A stretch of 47,188 nucleotides of DNA from an uncultured Gammaproteobacteria bacterium (GCA_964344415.1 CAYFMS010000001.1:383315-430502); one strand, 5' to 3'. Positions 39,554 through 47,126 are shown, numbered from the stretch's first letter. The notes: generated by a model from the sequence alone, not told the origin. A program made the numbers and translations.

Positions 39554-40564
39554 ATGAAGGAATTGAAGCGAGGTAGCGATGAGCGGCTCAATATACCCAA
39601 AACGATACGGTATATATTTATGCATTTACTTCCGCTTGGCGTGATATTCACGGGAATATCAACAGCAGCCATTTGGTGGTTTGTTGGCTTATTCTATGTC
39701 CGCATGTTCTTTGTAACGGGCGTATATCATCGTTATTTCTCTCACAAAACCTATAAAATGGGACGAGTGATGCAATTCTTGATGGCTATAGGTGCTCAGT
39801 CGGCTATACAAAAAGGGGTTTTGTGGTGGGCATCCCATCACAGGCATCATCATCGATATTCGGACACTGAGCGAGATGTTCATTCGCCGCAGAAAGGGTT
39901 TTGGTGGAGTCATATCGGATGGGTACTTTGCAGAAAGTATGAAGGAATAGAATGGGAAAATGTGCAAGACTTTGTAAAATTCCCAGAACTTATTTGGCTC
40001 AATAAACATCCATTCATTGTCCCAACTTTACTTGGTGTATTCGTTCTGATTCTTGGTGGTCCTTCGGCATTATTCTTTGGCTTTTTTGGGTCCACTGTCC
40101 TTCTGTGGCATGCAACATATACCATCAACTCACTCTCTCATGTATTTGGAAAGCGTCGTTATGTGACTGGCGATACGAGTCGAAATAATATCCTTCTTGT
40201 ATTCTTAACGCTTGGCGAGGGTTGGCATAATAATCATCATCACTATCAGTCCTCGGCAAGGAATGGATTTTTCTGGTGGCAAATTGATATTACATATTAT
40301 ATTTTGAAGATCTTAAGTCTTTTTGGTCTTGTATACGATTTAAGGCCAGTGCCAAGGGCTGCGAAATATAAAAACCTTGTTCGAGACGGACATTTCGATT
40401 TAGGTATGTTCAGAAAATACTCACGTAAAGCTCAATTGCTTGTTGATAAAACGGTAGCTGGCGCTGAGGGAGCATTTGCAAATAAAAAAGCCGCCACTGG
40501 CAGCTTTCTTCGCAATGCTCGGGATCGCGCGGAGGATTTAGCGCGCATGAGACGTAAGCTCTAA
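39554..40564 (+). CDS. Membrane fatty-acid desaturase (acyl-CoA/acyl-lipid delta-9 type, three His boxes)
   Basis: The His boxes are HRYFSH, HHRHHH and HNNHHH, with the expected TM pairs. Start preferred at ATG 39554 (MKELKRG...); the track starts at TTG 39479. Confidence 0.88.
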   Translation: MKELKRGSDERLNIPKTIRYIFMHLLPLGVIFTGISTAAIWWFVGLFYVRMFFVTGVYHRYFSHKTYKMGRVMQFLMAIGAQSAIQKGVLWWASHHRHHHRYSDTERDVHSPQKGFWWSHIGWVLCRKYEGIEWENVQDFVKFPELIWLNKHPFIVPTLLGVFVLILGGPSALFFGFFGSTVLLWHATYTINSLSHVFGKRRYVTGDTSRNNILLVFLTLGEGWHNNHHHYQSSARNGFFWWQIDITYYILKILSLFGLVYDLRPVPRAAKYKNLVRDGHFDLGMFRKYSRKAQLLVDKTVAGAEGAFANKKAATGSFLRNARDRAEDLARMRRKL

Positions 40565-41160
40565 GTTTCACGCCGGCCGAGAAGTGCATCACCGAGCGTA
40601 ACCTCATCAGCGTATTCAATATCCGCACCCATTGGAAGTCCTCGCGCTAGGCGAGTGACTTTTTTATTCTTGTCTTTTAATTTTCTTGAAAGATAGAGAA
40701 TTGTTGTTTCTCCATTTACATCGGGGGAAAAAGCGAGGATGATTTCTGAAATTTCAGAGCGCTGATCAATATGCTCCATAAGCTCACGTACATGAAGCGT
40801 TTCCGGAGTGCTTCCCTCGAGTGGATTCAATGTTCCACCAAGGACGAAATAATGGCCATGATATGCCTCAGTCGCCTCGATGGTCGATATATCTCTTGCT
40901 TCTGAGACAATGCAGAGTTTTGTTTTGTCTCGTTTTTCATCAGAGCATATTTCACATATATTCTTCTCAGTATGCGTGAAGCAAGTTGGGCATTCTCGAA
41001 TATGATTCAGATTTTCAATTGTCTGCGCAAGCCGCTTCCGCTCCGAGGCGGGGAGGCGCATAAGTGCATAAACATATCGAAGCGCCGTTTTTGGCCCAAC
41101 GCCTGGAAGTCGCGTCAAAGATGCAACCAAATTCTGAATTGGTCCAGGAAATTTACGCAT
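40561..41160 (-). CDS. recR: Recombination protein RecR
   Basis: LPGVGPKTALRYVYAL (HhH), C4 zinc finger CPTCFTHTEKNICEIC, and a Toprim region. Confidence 0.95.
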   Translation of the reverse strand: MRKFPGPIQNLVASLTRLPGVGPKTALRYVYALMRLPASERKRLAQTIENLNHIRECPTCFTHTEKNICEICSDEKRDKTKLCIVSEARDISTIEATEAYHGHYFVLGGTLNPLEGSTPETLHVRELMEHIDQRSEISEIILAFSPDVNGETTILYLSRKLKDKNKKVTRLARGLPMGADIEYADEVTLGDALLGRRET

Positions 41161-41191
41161 AACTTAGCATGCAGCAATTAGAGAGTAGTAT

Positions 41192-41485
41192 TTACCCGAG
41201 CATGTCCTTGAGCGCATCAAGTCCGCCCATATCTTTCATTTGCGCTGCCATCTGCTTCTGAAGCTTTTTTGTTGCATCATTGAATGCATCCTTTACTGCA
41301 GATTCTGTTTCGGTGGTAGAAAGCCCTTCTTCGATCTTTACGCCTTGAACTTTCTGATTGCCATCAATGGTGATCATAACCTTGTCGCCACCGCTGCGGC
41401 CGACAACAACAACTTCAGCAAGCTTATTCTGCATTTGCTTCGCTTGCTTTCGAATTTCATTTACTTGTTTTAATTTATTAAACAT
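41192..41485 (-). CDS. ybaB: Nucleoid-associated protein YbaB/EbfC
   Basis: 97 aa, MFNKLKQVNEIRKQAKQMQNKL...V.ITIDGNQKV..VKI, in the canonical position upstream of recR. Confidence 0.9.
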   Translation of the reverse strand: MFNKLKQVNEIRKQAKQMQNKLAEVVVVGRSGGDKVMITIDGNQKVQGVKIEEGLSTTETESAVKDAFNDATKKLQKQMAAQMKDMGGLDALKDMLG

Positions 41486-41543
41486 ATTTTGATATTAGTT
41501 TTTGGTACGATGATTCTACGATGTGAATTGCATATTCGCAACT

Positions 41544-43001
41544 CTAACTTGGTGGTTTTGGCGGGATTCCTGGGGGAAGGCCGATATTCGCAGGATTCGG
41601 TCCCGATGGTCCTCCCGACGCCATGCTGGCAACGGGCGGGCTGGACGGACGAGACATTTCTAGATTTCTGAAGCTTGCTCGCTGCGCATCCCAGAACAAT
41701 TTTACGGTACCCGTCGGTCCATTTCGATGCTTTGCGATATGTACTTCACCGAGCGTTTTCTCTTCGGGTGAAAGTTCATCTGGGGTGTAATTTCTATCTA
41801 CCGCTTTTCGGTAAAGGAACATCACGACATCGGCATCTTGCTCAATCGAACCAGATTCACGAAGATGAGAAAGTTTTGGAATAGCTGGCTTTGATTGCTC
41901 AACGGCACGCGATAGCTGCGCGAGTGCAAGGACAGGAATATTCAATTCACGAGCAATCTGTTTTAATCCACGCGAAATCTCAGCAACTTCCTGTGTACGA
42001 TTGTCGCTATTTTTTGTTCGACCTTCCATCAGCTGCAGATAGTCAATCACAATAAGGCCCAAATCATGTTCAGCCTTCAAACGCCTCGCTTTCGTTCTAA
42101 TAGACATAATATTTGCCGTCGCCGAGTCATCAATATAAATTGGTGCATCAGAGAGAACGGCAAGCGCTTCACCGATTTTGGGAAAATCATCATCTCGATC
42201 AGAGAGTCGTCCTGTACGTAATTTCCACAAATCGATATTCCCTTGTGCGCAAATCATGCGGTCAACGAGTTGTTCTTTCGACATCTCGAGAGAAAAGAAC
42301 CCAACGGGAGTTTTGGTTTTTACGGCAATATTTCGGACAAGGTCCAGGGCAAAAGATGTCTTTCCAACGGAAGGCCTTGCTGCCAAAATAACAAGGTCCG
42401 ATCGCTGCAATCCGGCAAGTAAATTATCAATTCCCTTGAATCCAGACGGAAGGCCTCGCAATTTTCCGCGATCTCGATGCAATTCGTCAATACGATCAAA
42501 TGCCGTCGATAACACGGTACGCATCGGCACAAAGCTCTGTTTAATAAAATTCGAAGAAACATTAAACAATTTTTGCTCGGCATCATCAATTAAAACGTCG
42601 ATGTCCTCGCTTTCATTGTATGCGAGCTCAGAAATCTCACCAGAAGCCTTGAGCAGTCGCCGCAATGTGGCCTTTTTCTGAATGAGCTCAGCATAATGAA
42701 CAATGTTTGATGCTGTCGCAACGGCATTTGTAAGCTCGACAATTTTTGTACGCCCACCAATCTGTTTCAGTAAATCTGTTTCTTCCAATCGATTTCCGAC
42801 CGTAAGAAGATCGATTGGTTCATGTTTTTCAAAAAGTTCAATGCAAGTATCGAAAATGTGGCGATGAGATTCTTTGTAAAAATCCTCGCCACGAACAGTG
42901 TCGGCAACTTTCACAATAGAGTCTGGCTCAATAAGAAGAGCGCCAAGAAGCGACTCCTCGGCCTCAATATTATGTGGCGGGATTCTATTTGCCATGCTCA
43001 T
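41544..43001 (-). CDS. dnaB: Replicative DNA helicase DnaB with Pro-rich C-terminal tail
   Basis: PPHNIEAEESLLGALL, GLPSGFKGIDNL, ARPSVGKTSFAL, VIDYLQLM and QLSR. About 40 extra C-terminal residues (..SRPSSPPVASMASGGPSGPNPANIGLPPGIPPKPPS). Confidence 0.95.
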   Translation of the reverse strand: MSMANRIPPHNIEAEESLLGALLIEPDSIVKVADTVRGEDFYKESHRHIFDTCIELFEKHEPIDLLTVGNRLEETDLLKQIGGRTKIVELTNAVATASNIVHYAELIQKKATLRRLLKASGEISELAYNESEDIDVLIDDAEQKLFNVSSNFIKQSFVPMRTVLSTAFDRIDELHRDRGKLRGLPSGFKGIDNLLAGLQRSDLVILAARPSVGKTSFALDLVRNIAVKTKTPVGFFSLEMSKEQLVDRMICAQGNIDLWKLRTGRLSDRDDDFPKIGEALAVLSDAPIYIDDSATANIMSIRTKARRLKAEHDLGLIVIDYLQLMEGRTKNSDNRTQEVAEISRGLKQIARELNIPVLALAQLSRAVEQSKPAIPKLSHLRESGSIEQDADVVMFLYRKAVDRNYTPDELSPEEKTLGEVHIAKHRNGPTGTVKLFWDAQRASFRNLEMSRPSSPPVASMASGGPSGPNPANIGLPPGIPPKPPS

Positions 43002-43009
43002 AGGTCTTC

Positions 43010-43038
43010 ATCTTATGATCAGAAATCCATATTGCCAA
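43010..43038 (-). promoter_or_regulatory. Candidate dnaB promoter, -10 placed 8 nt before ATG
   Basis: Minus strand reads TTGGCA-17 nt-TAAGAT-gaagacct-ATG with no SD. Confidence 0.5.
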
Positions 43039-43076
43039 GTGAAACATGTGTATTGAGAGTGGACAGACTGTGGAGA

Positions 43077-43085
43077 TGATATAAT
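43077..43085 (+). promoter_or_regulatory. Extended -10 (TGaTATAAT) 6 nt before the permease ATG
   Basis: TG-A-TATAAT-gcatgc-ATG(43092). The earlier ATG at 43088 is out of frame and hits a stop after 6 codons. Confidence 0.5.
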
Positions 43086-43091
43086 GCATGC

Positions 43092-44234
43092 ATGCAAAGT
43101 GGTCATAGGGTTTTCTGGAGAAGTGTTCTTACATTTGTCGGATCAATGATTGGCGTTGGTATTTTCGGCTTGCCATTTGTCTTTGCGCAGTCGGGTTTTT
43201 TTATTGGCGCGGCACATCTCATTATCATTGGTTTGCTTTTTATGTCGGTTCTTGCGATGTATGCCGATATCCTTATTAACACTCCCGGACATAGTCGTTT
43301 AGCGGGACTTACGCAGAAATACCTCAGCCCTTATTGGAAATTACCGACATCCATTCTCCATTATTGTCATTCATGGGGCGCAATGCTTGCCTATATCATT
43401 ATCGGTGGTGAGTTTTTATTTGCCCTAATTGGGAATGCGGCAGGTGGTTCGATTCTGTTTTATCAAATTGCTTTTGGGCTTGCGATGAGCTTTTTGTTGA
43501 TCGGGGGACTCGGTCTCGTTTCGCGCATCGAAGGGATTTTCGTTTGGGTACTTATATTTCTACTACTTGTTATATCAATTGGTTCACTTCCTTCAGCGGA
43601 CATTAGTCATATTATGGAGATTCATCCTGGCAATTGGTTCTTGCCATTCGGTGTAACACTTTTTGCTTTTGGAGGGATTGCAGCGCTACCTGAAGCAAGG
43701 GATGTTCTTGGGCCAAAGCGGCATCAATTACGAAAGACAGTTGTGGTGAGTACATTGCTTGTCGCTGTTATTTATTTGATTTTTTCTGCCGTTGTCGTTA
43801 TGGCGACGGGGGAGAATACAACGCAGGAAGCAATACTTGGCCTTGGCAATGTGATTGGAGATTGGGCAATTACACTCGGAGCATTTATTGGGCTTTTTTC
43901 TGTTTTTACGAGCTTTCTTGTTTTGGGGGTTTCAATTATGGATGGTTTGATATTTGATTTTCATGTCCGATATTTGCCTGCATGGTTTATAGCTGTTCTC
44001 ATTCCTATGAGCATGTTCCTGCTCGGCGCGCGCGATTTTATTGATGTGATTAGTTTTACAGGAGCAATACTTGGTAGCTTAATTGCTCTTATCGTTATCT
44101 ACCTTTATTTGAAAGCAAAAAAAGCGGTATGTTTACCGCATCGTTGCCTTGTTATTCCAAGATGGATACCAATTATTGCTGGGTGTTTCTTCTTCCTTGG
44201 ACTTGCCTTAACTCTGATCAGCTTTTCGCTGTAA
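43092..44234 (+). CDS. Amino-acid permease (Aa_trans / aromatic amino-acid permease-like), about 11 TM
   Basis: FVGSMIGVGIFGLPFVFAQSGFFIG at the N terminus and hydrophobic throughout. The family assignment is generic. Confidence 0.75.
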   Translation: MQSGHRVFWRSVLTFVGSMIGVGIFGLPFVFAQSGFFIGAAHLIIIGLLFMSVLAMYADILINTPGHSRLAGLTQKYLSPYWKLPTSILHYCHSWGAMLAYIIIGGEFLFALIGNAAGGSILFYQIAFGLAMSFLLIGGLGLVSRIEGIFVWVLIFLLLVISIGSLPSADISHIMEIHPGNWFLPFGVTLFAFGGIAALPEARDVLGPKRHQLRKTVVVSTLLVAVIYLIFSAVVVMATGENTTQEAILGLGNVIGDWAITLGAFIGLFSVFTSFLVLGVSIMDGLIFDFHVRYLPAWFIAVLIPMSMFLLGARDFIDVISFTGAILGSLIALIVIYLYLKAKKAVCLPHRCLVIPRWIPIIAGCFFFLGLALTLISFSL

Positions 44235-45053
44235 TTCAAATGCCTTCAATACATTCAGTAGAAGGTAAGAAACGGTGAGTGGGCCAATCCCACCCGGTAC
44301 AGGACTTGCAAATGCCGCCTTTTGCTTTGCTTGCGTCAAGATATCTCCACGAACTTTATTTCCTGTCCTATTTGTACCGACATCAATCAAGATTGATCCC
44401 TCTTTTACCATATCCTCTTTGATAAATCCCAATCTTCCAACTGCGACAATCAGAATATCGGCTGCACGGGTTTTGCTGGCGAGAGCTGATGATTCAGGTG
44501 AAAGATATTGCGCGGTTATATTTGACTCTTCTAGTAATTTGCTAATGGGGCGTGAAAAAATCTCATTATTGCTAATGATGACGGCATGCTTTCCGCGTAG
44601 TGGCTGTCTAGATGCTTGAATGAGTCGCATGATAGCGAGTGCAACTGGTGGTACGAGACTCGCTTCGCTGCGGTCGAGCTTATCAAGATTTTCTTCTTTA
44701 AATCCGTCTACATCTTTCAATGGGTCGATCGTGTCGATGATTATGTTTTCGTCAATTCCATCTGGAAGGGGAAGTTGAACGAGAATACCGTGGATGTCGG
44801 CACGATTGTTAAATTCTTTCACTTTACTTCTAATATCTTCGGTCTTTGCTTTCGCGTCGAATTCAGCTTTTTCAACAAAGATTCCCGCGCGTTTTGCTGC
44901 TGACTCTTTTAGGCTTACATAGAGATGCGATGCCTTATCATCGCCAGCTAAAATAACGCCGAGGCCAAGTGGCTGATCGAGTTTTTCGATACGCGCTCTT
45001 ACCTTTTCTTCAATGTTTTTTGCGAGGATTCGCCCGCGAAGCCATTCATTCAT
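44208..45053 (-). CDS. folD: Bifunctional methylenetetrahydrofolate dehydrogenase/cyclohydrolase
   Basis: LGVILAGDDKASHLYV..K...A...GI, GILVQLPLP, V.VVGR and PGGIGPLTVSYLL. Its 3' end overlaps the convergent permease by 27 nt. Confidence 0.93.
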   Translation of the reverse strand: MNEWLRGRILAKNIEEKVRARIEKLDQPLGLGVILAGDDKASHLYVSLKESAAKRAGIFVEKAEFDAKAKTEDIRSKVKEFNNRADIHGILVQLPLPDGIDENIIIDTIDPLKDVDGFKEENLDKLDRSEASLVPPVALAIMRLIQASRQPLRGKHAVIISNNEIFSRPISKLLEESNITAQYLSPESSALASKTRAADILIVAVGRLGFIKEDMVKEGSILIDVGTNRTGNKVRGDILTQAKQKAAFASPVPGGIGPLTVSYLLLNVLKAFELQRKADQS

Positions 45054-45062
45054 ATCGCCGTG

Positions 45063-45091
45063 AGTATAGCTATTTCATGCTTGAAAGGCAA
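45063..45091 (-). promoter_or_regulatory. Candidate folD promoter, -10 placed 9 nt before ATG
   Basis: Minus strand reads TTGCCT-17 nt-TATACT-cacggcgat-ATG with no SD. Confidence 0.5.
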
Positions 45092-45135
45092 GTAAGGCTT
45101 CGTTTTCTGGGTGCTAATCTTGGCCAAATATTCAT

Positions 45136-45157
45136 TTAAGTGTCGATCGGCACTTAA
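45136..45157. promoter_or_regulatory. 22-nt near-perfect palindrome in the folD / cassette-4 divergent region (candidate operator)
   Basis: TTAAGTGTCGATCGGCACTTAA has 20 of 22 positions self-complementary. Confidence 0.4.
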
Positions 45158-45226
45158 GTGAAGAATTATATTTTCTTTAGCGAAATGTAGCTGCAGTACA
45201 TAATATTGCTAATATTAGCTAAATAC

Positions 45227-45255
45227 TTGACAAAAAGGTCATTTTTTGCTAGTTT
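45227..45255 (+). promoter_or_regulatory. Extended -10 promoter of cassette 4
   Basis: TTGACA-AAAAGGTCATTTTT-TG-C-TAGTTT. Confidence 0.55.
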
Positions 45256-45299
45256 TTGAAGTCGCATTTTGTGTAAAATGCGCGTACTTTGGAGGTAAA

Positions 45300-46901
45300 A
45301 TGAGAGAAAAACAAGGGGTGGCGACGCCAAAATGGCCGAGCTATCCTGTCCGAACCAAGCAGTGTTGGTTTGAGGAGGACAATAAGTCCACCTGGCCGGT
45401 GCTGTACACACATGTGAGCGCTGACCTGGATGCTCTTCTTGCGATTGCGGCCTATTGTTACTACAAGGGGCTCGTGATCGACGAAAACTGCAAGATCAGG
45501 TTCGTCGAGGCCAATTGGAGCGGTGAGATGGATTTGGCGAGGGGAGACCGCGCCTTTGACATCAAAGCACCCGTTCACTTTGACGGGATCACAGATCGTG
45601 ACCGCGATCAGTGGCCGAAAGATGAATCCCGCCGATATCATCGCGGATGGAAGGGGAAAACCGAGCAGGACGGCGCGACATTGTCCGTTTTCTCACTCGT
45701 CATGAAGCGATGCGCTCCACGTGAGCATGTCAACTACTTCAAGCAACTCATGAGCATTGTGGACAATCACGATGCTTATGGGTCAGCGATGAAGGGCTTC
45801 AAGGAGCGAGTTCATCCGGACTTGCTGAACATGCTCAGGCAAATCGGTGTCGTGGAGGTTTATCGCGCTCTGCAAGGCGCGCGGAAGCTCGACATGTTCA
45901 GCAAATTCGATTTGCCCAAATGTCGGACTAAGGAACACAGGTCAGACTATAAAATGGTGGCATTATTTGTTGCCATTTTCCGAGGCATGGCCGCGCAAGC
46001 AGATCGAGCAACCTATGCGGACTATGTTCCACTGAAGGCTGCTCTCGAGAATCGCTTTGATCCCGAGGACCGCGAATATTACGATGTGCTGATGAAGCAT
46101 GTCGATGTGGTGCTCGGCAAGGAGGATCCTCATGTCATTGACGGACTGTTCCGCAATCCTGAAGGAAAATTTCTGAGCGCTGACCTGCGCAAAGAAATCT
46201 TCATGACCGTCAGGCAGGCGAGTCTACCACTCTTCGTAAAGGGCGCGAAGACGGCTGCCGAGAATGGCTGGATCGATTTCATTCCTGGCGAGGATGCAAC
46301 GGAGCGTTGCGAGTATCTGTGTGACATGATTGCACAGGGATTCGTGAACAATCTGTCAGCCTTGCGGGAAGCTGAACAGTTCGTACGGGAAGGGCTCGAC
46401 GCCTATCACGCGAGTGATGGAGTCGGATATCGGCTCACGACATTCCATCAGTTGCAATTTGCGAATGATGAGCAGAATGAGGATCCGGTGGTGGCGGTGC
46501 TGAATGTGCCGAAATCAGAGGACAATTTCAAGCTGCATGAAGTCCTGTGGAAACATGGGATGAAGGTCATCATCCGCATTGATCGTAAAAATGTCGCCAT
46601 CATCAGACGCCCTGACAGCAGGGATTTCTGGATGGATGACGAGCGGCTTACGTCTTTGATCGAACGCTTGGATGAAACCTGGGATCGGGATGGAATCCTT
46701 AGCAAGGGCGGTAAGCTCAACTGGTTTGCTCATGAGGGTGGCTGGTTGTTAGCATCGGGTACGAAGAAGGCTCCCGCCAAGAAGCTCACCATTATCCGAT
46801 ACGACCGTATCGTGGAAGTGGTGTGCAAAATCCTGCGTGATCCCAAGGCTGCCAATCAGGAAAAGCGGCAGCATCACAGTAGTAGTGAACGACATTCCTA
46901 G
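45300..46901 (+). CDS. GC-rich cassette 4: 533-aa cytoplasmic orphan protein; weak DHH/DHHA1-phosphoesterase-like motifs
   Basis: GGAGG lies 4 nt before ATG 45300 (the track starts at TTG 45246). There is no signal peptide. LYTHVSADLDAL (H-x3-D-x-D), VDNHDA and FAHEGGWLLASG loosely resemble DHH motifs I, III and the DHHA1 GGGH region. Sampled line 45541 is 34/60 G+C. Confidence 0.7.
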   Translation: MREKQGVATPKWPSYPVRTKQCWFEEDNKSTWPVLYTHVSADLDALLAIAAYCYYKGLVIDENCKIRFVEANWSGEMDLARGDRAFDIKAPVHFDGITDRDRDQWPKDESRRYHRGWKGKTEQDGATLSVFSLVMKRCAPREHVNYFKQLMSIVDNHDAYGSAMKGFKERVHPDLLNMLRQIGVVEVYRALQGARKLDMFSKFDLPKCRTKEHRSDYKMVALFVAIFRGMAAQADRATYADYVPLKAALENRFDPEDREYYDVLMKHVDVVLGKEDPHVIDGLFRNPEGKFLSADLRKEIFMTVRQASLPLFVKGAKTAAENGWIDFIPGEDATERCEYLCDMIAQGFVNNLSALREAEQFVREGLDAYHASDGVGYRLTTFHQLQFANDEQNEDPVVAVLNVPKSEDNFKLHEVLWKHGMKVIIRIDRKNVAIIRRPDSRDFWMDDERLTSLIERLDETWDRDGILSKGGKLNWFAHEGGWLLASGTKKAPAKKLTIIRYDRIVEVVCKILRDPKAANQEKRQHHSSSERHS

Positions 46902-46928
46902 AATCGTGTGAACGGCACAATTCTAATA

Positions 46929-46967
46929 ACCCGCCAAGGCTGGAACACAGCAATGGCGGGTTTTTTT
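46929..46967 (+). terminator. Intrinsic terminator of cassette 4
   Basis: CCCGCCA-17-nt loop-TGGCGGG followed by TTTTTTT. Confidence 0.75.
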
Positions 46968-46978
46968 GTCGCTTGTGA
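46964..46978 (+). repeat. Post-terminator box TTTTGTCGCTTGTGA (copy 3 of 3)
   Basis: Identical to 6952-6966 and again fused to a terminator T-run. Confidence 0.7.
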
Positions 46979-46987
46979 ACGTAATAA

Positions 46988-47000
46988 GGTTCAACCTTGA
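46988..47000 (+). repeat. Dispersed module GGTTCAACCTTGA
   Basis: An identical 13-mer lies at 23698-23710, and a partial third copy (GGTTCAACCTTT) at 47017-47028. Confidence 0.6.
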
Positions 47001-47063
47001 CTGCGATTCGGAATAGGTTCAACCTTTCAACCTTTTCAAGCTCACTACGCAACCCCATTCGGT

Positions 47064-47085
47064 CCTGAGCCTGCCGAAGGATCTT
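47064..47085 (+). repeat. Dispersed module CCTGAGCCTGCCGAAGGATCTT
   Basis: Matches 34269-34290 at 21 of 22 positions. Confidence 0.7.
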
Positions 47086-47126
47086 CGCGACCATTGTCGA
47101 AATCCCAAATTTAATATTCCTACCGC

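Noticed and set aside
6050-45299. N-terminal extensions implied by the ORF track (6050, 12913, 13201, 14912, 21210, 22196, 25544, 28912, 29048, 31168, 32066, 39479, 45246).
   Set aside because: These begin at TTG/GTG or upstream ATG codons. They add non-homologous residues, cross terminators, promoters or a neighbouring gene, and in each case a downstream ATG restores the canonical N terminus or signal peptide.
5232-46901. GC-rich ORFs explained as contig chimerism or contamination.
   Set aside because: This is not excluded without reads, but it is unlikely. Each GC jump coincides with an ORF border rather than a random breakpoint. The flanks carry AT-rich promoters and terminators, and host-type repeat modules (for example the post-terminator box after cassette 4). 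The flanking core genes are intact on both sides.
46792-47094. A 100-aa minus-strand ORF at the right end (MVAKILRQAQDRMGL...).
   Set aside because: It reads straight through three dispersed repeat modules and overlaps the end of cassette 4. It is a typical repeat-derived pseudo-ORF.
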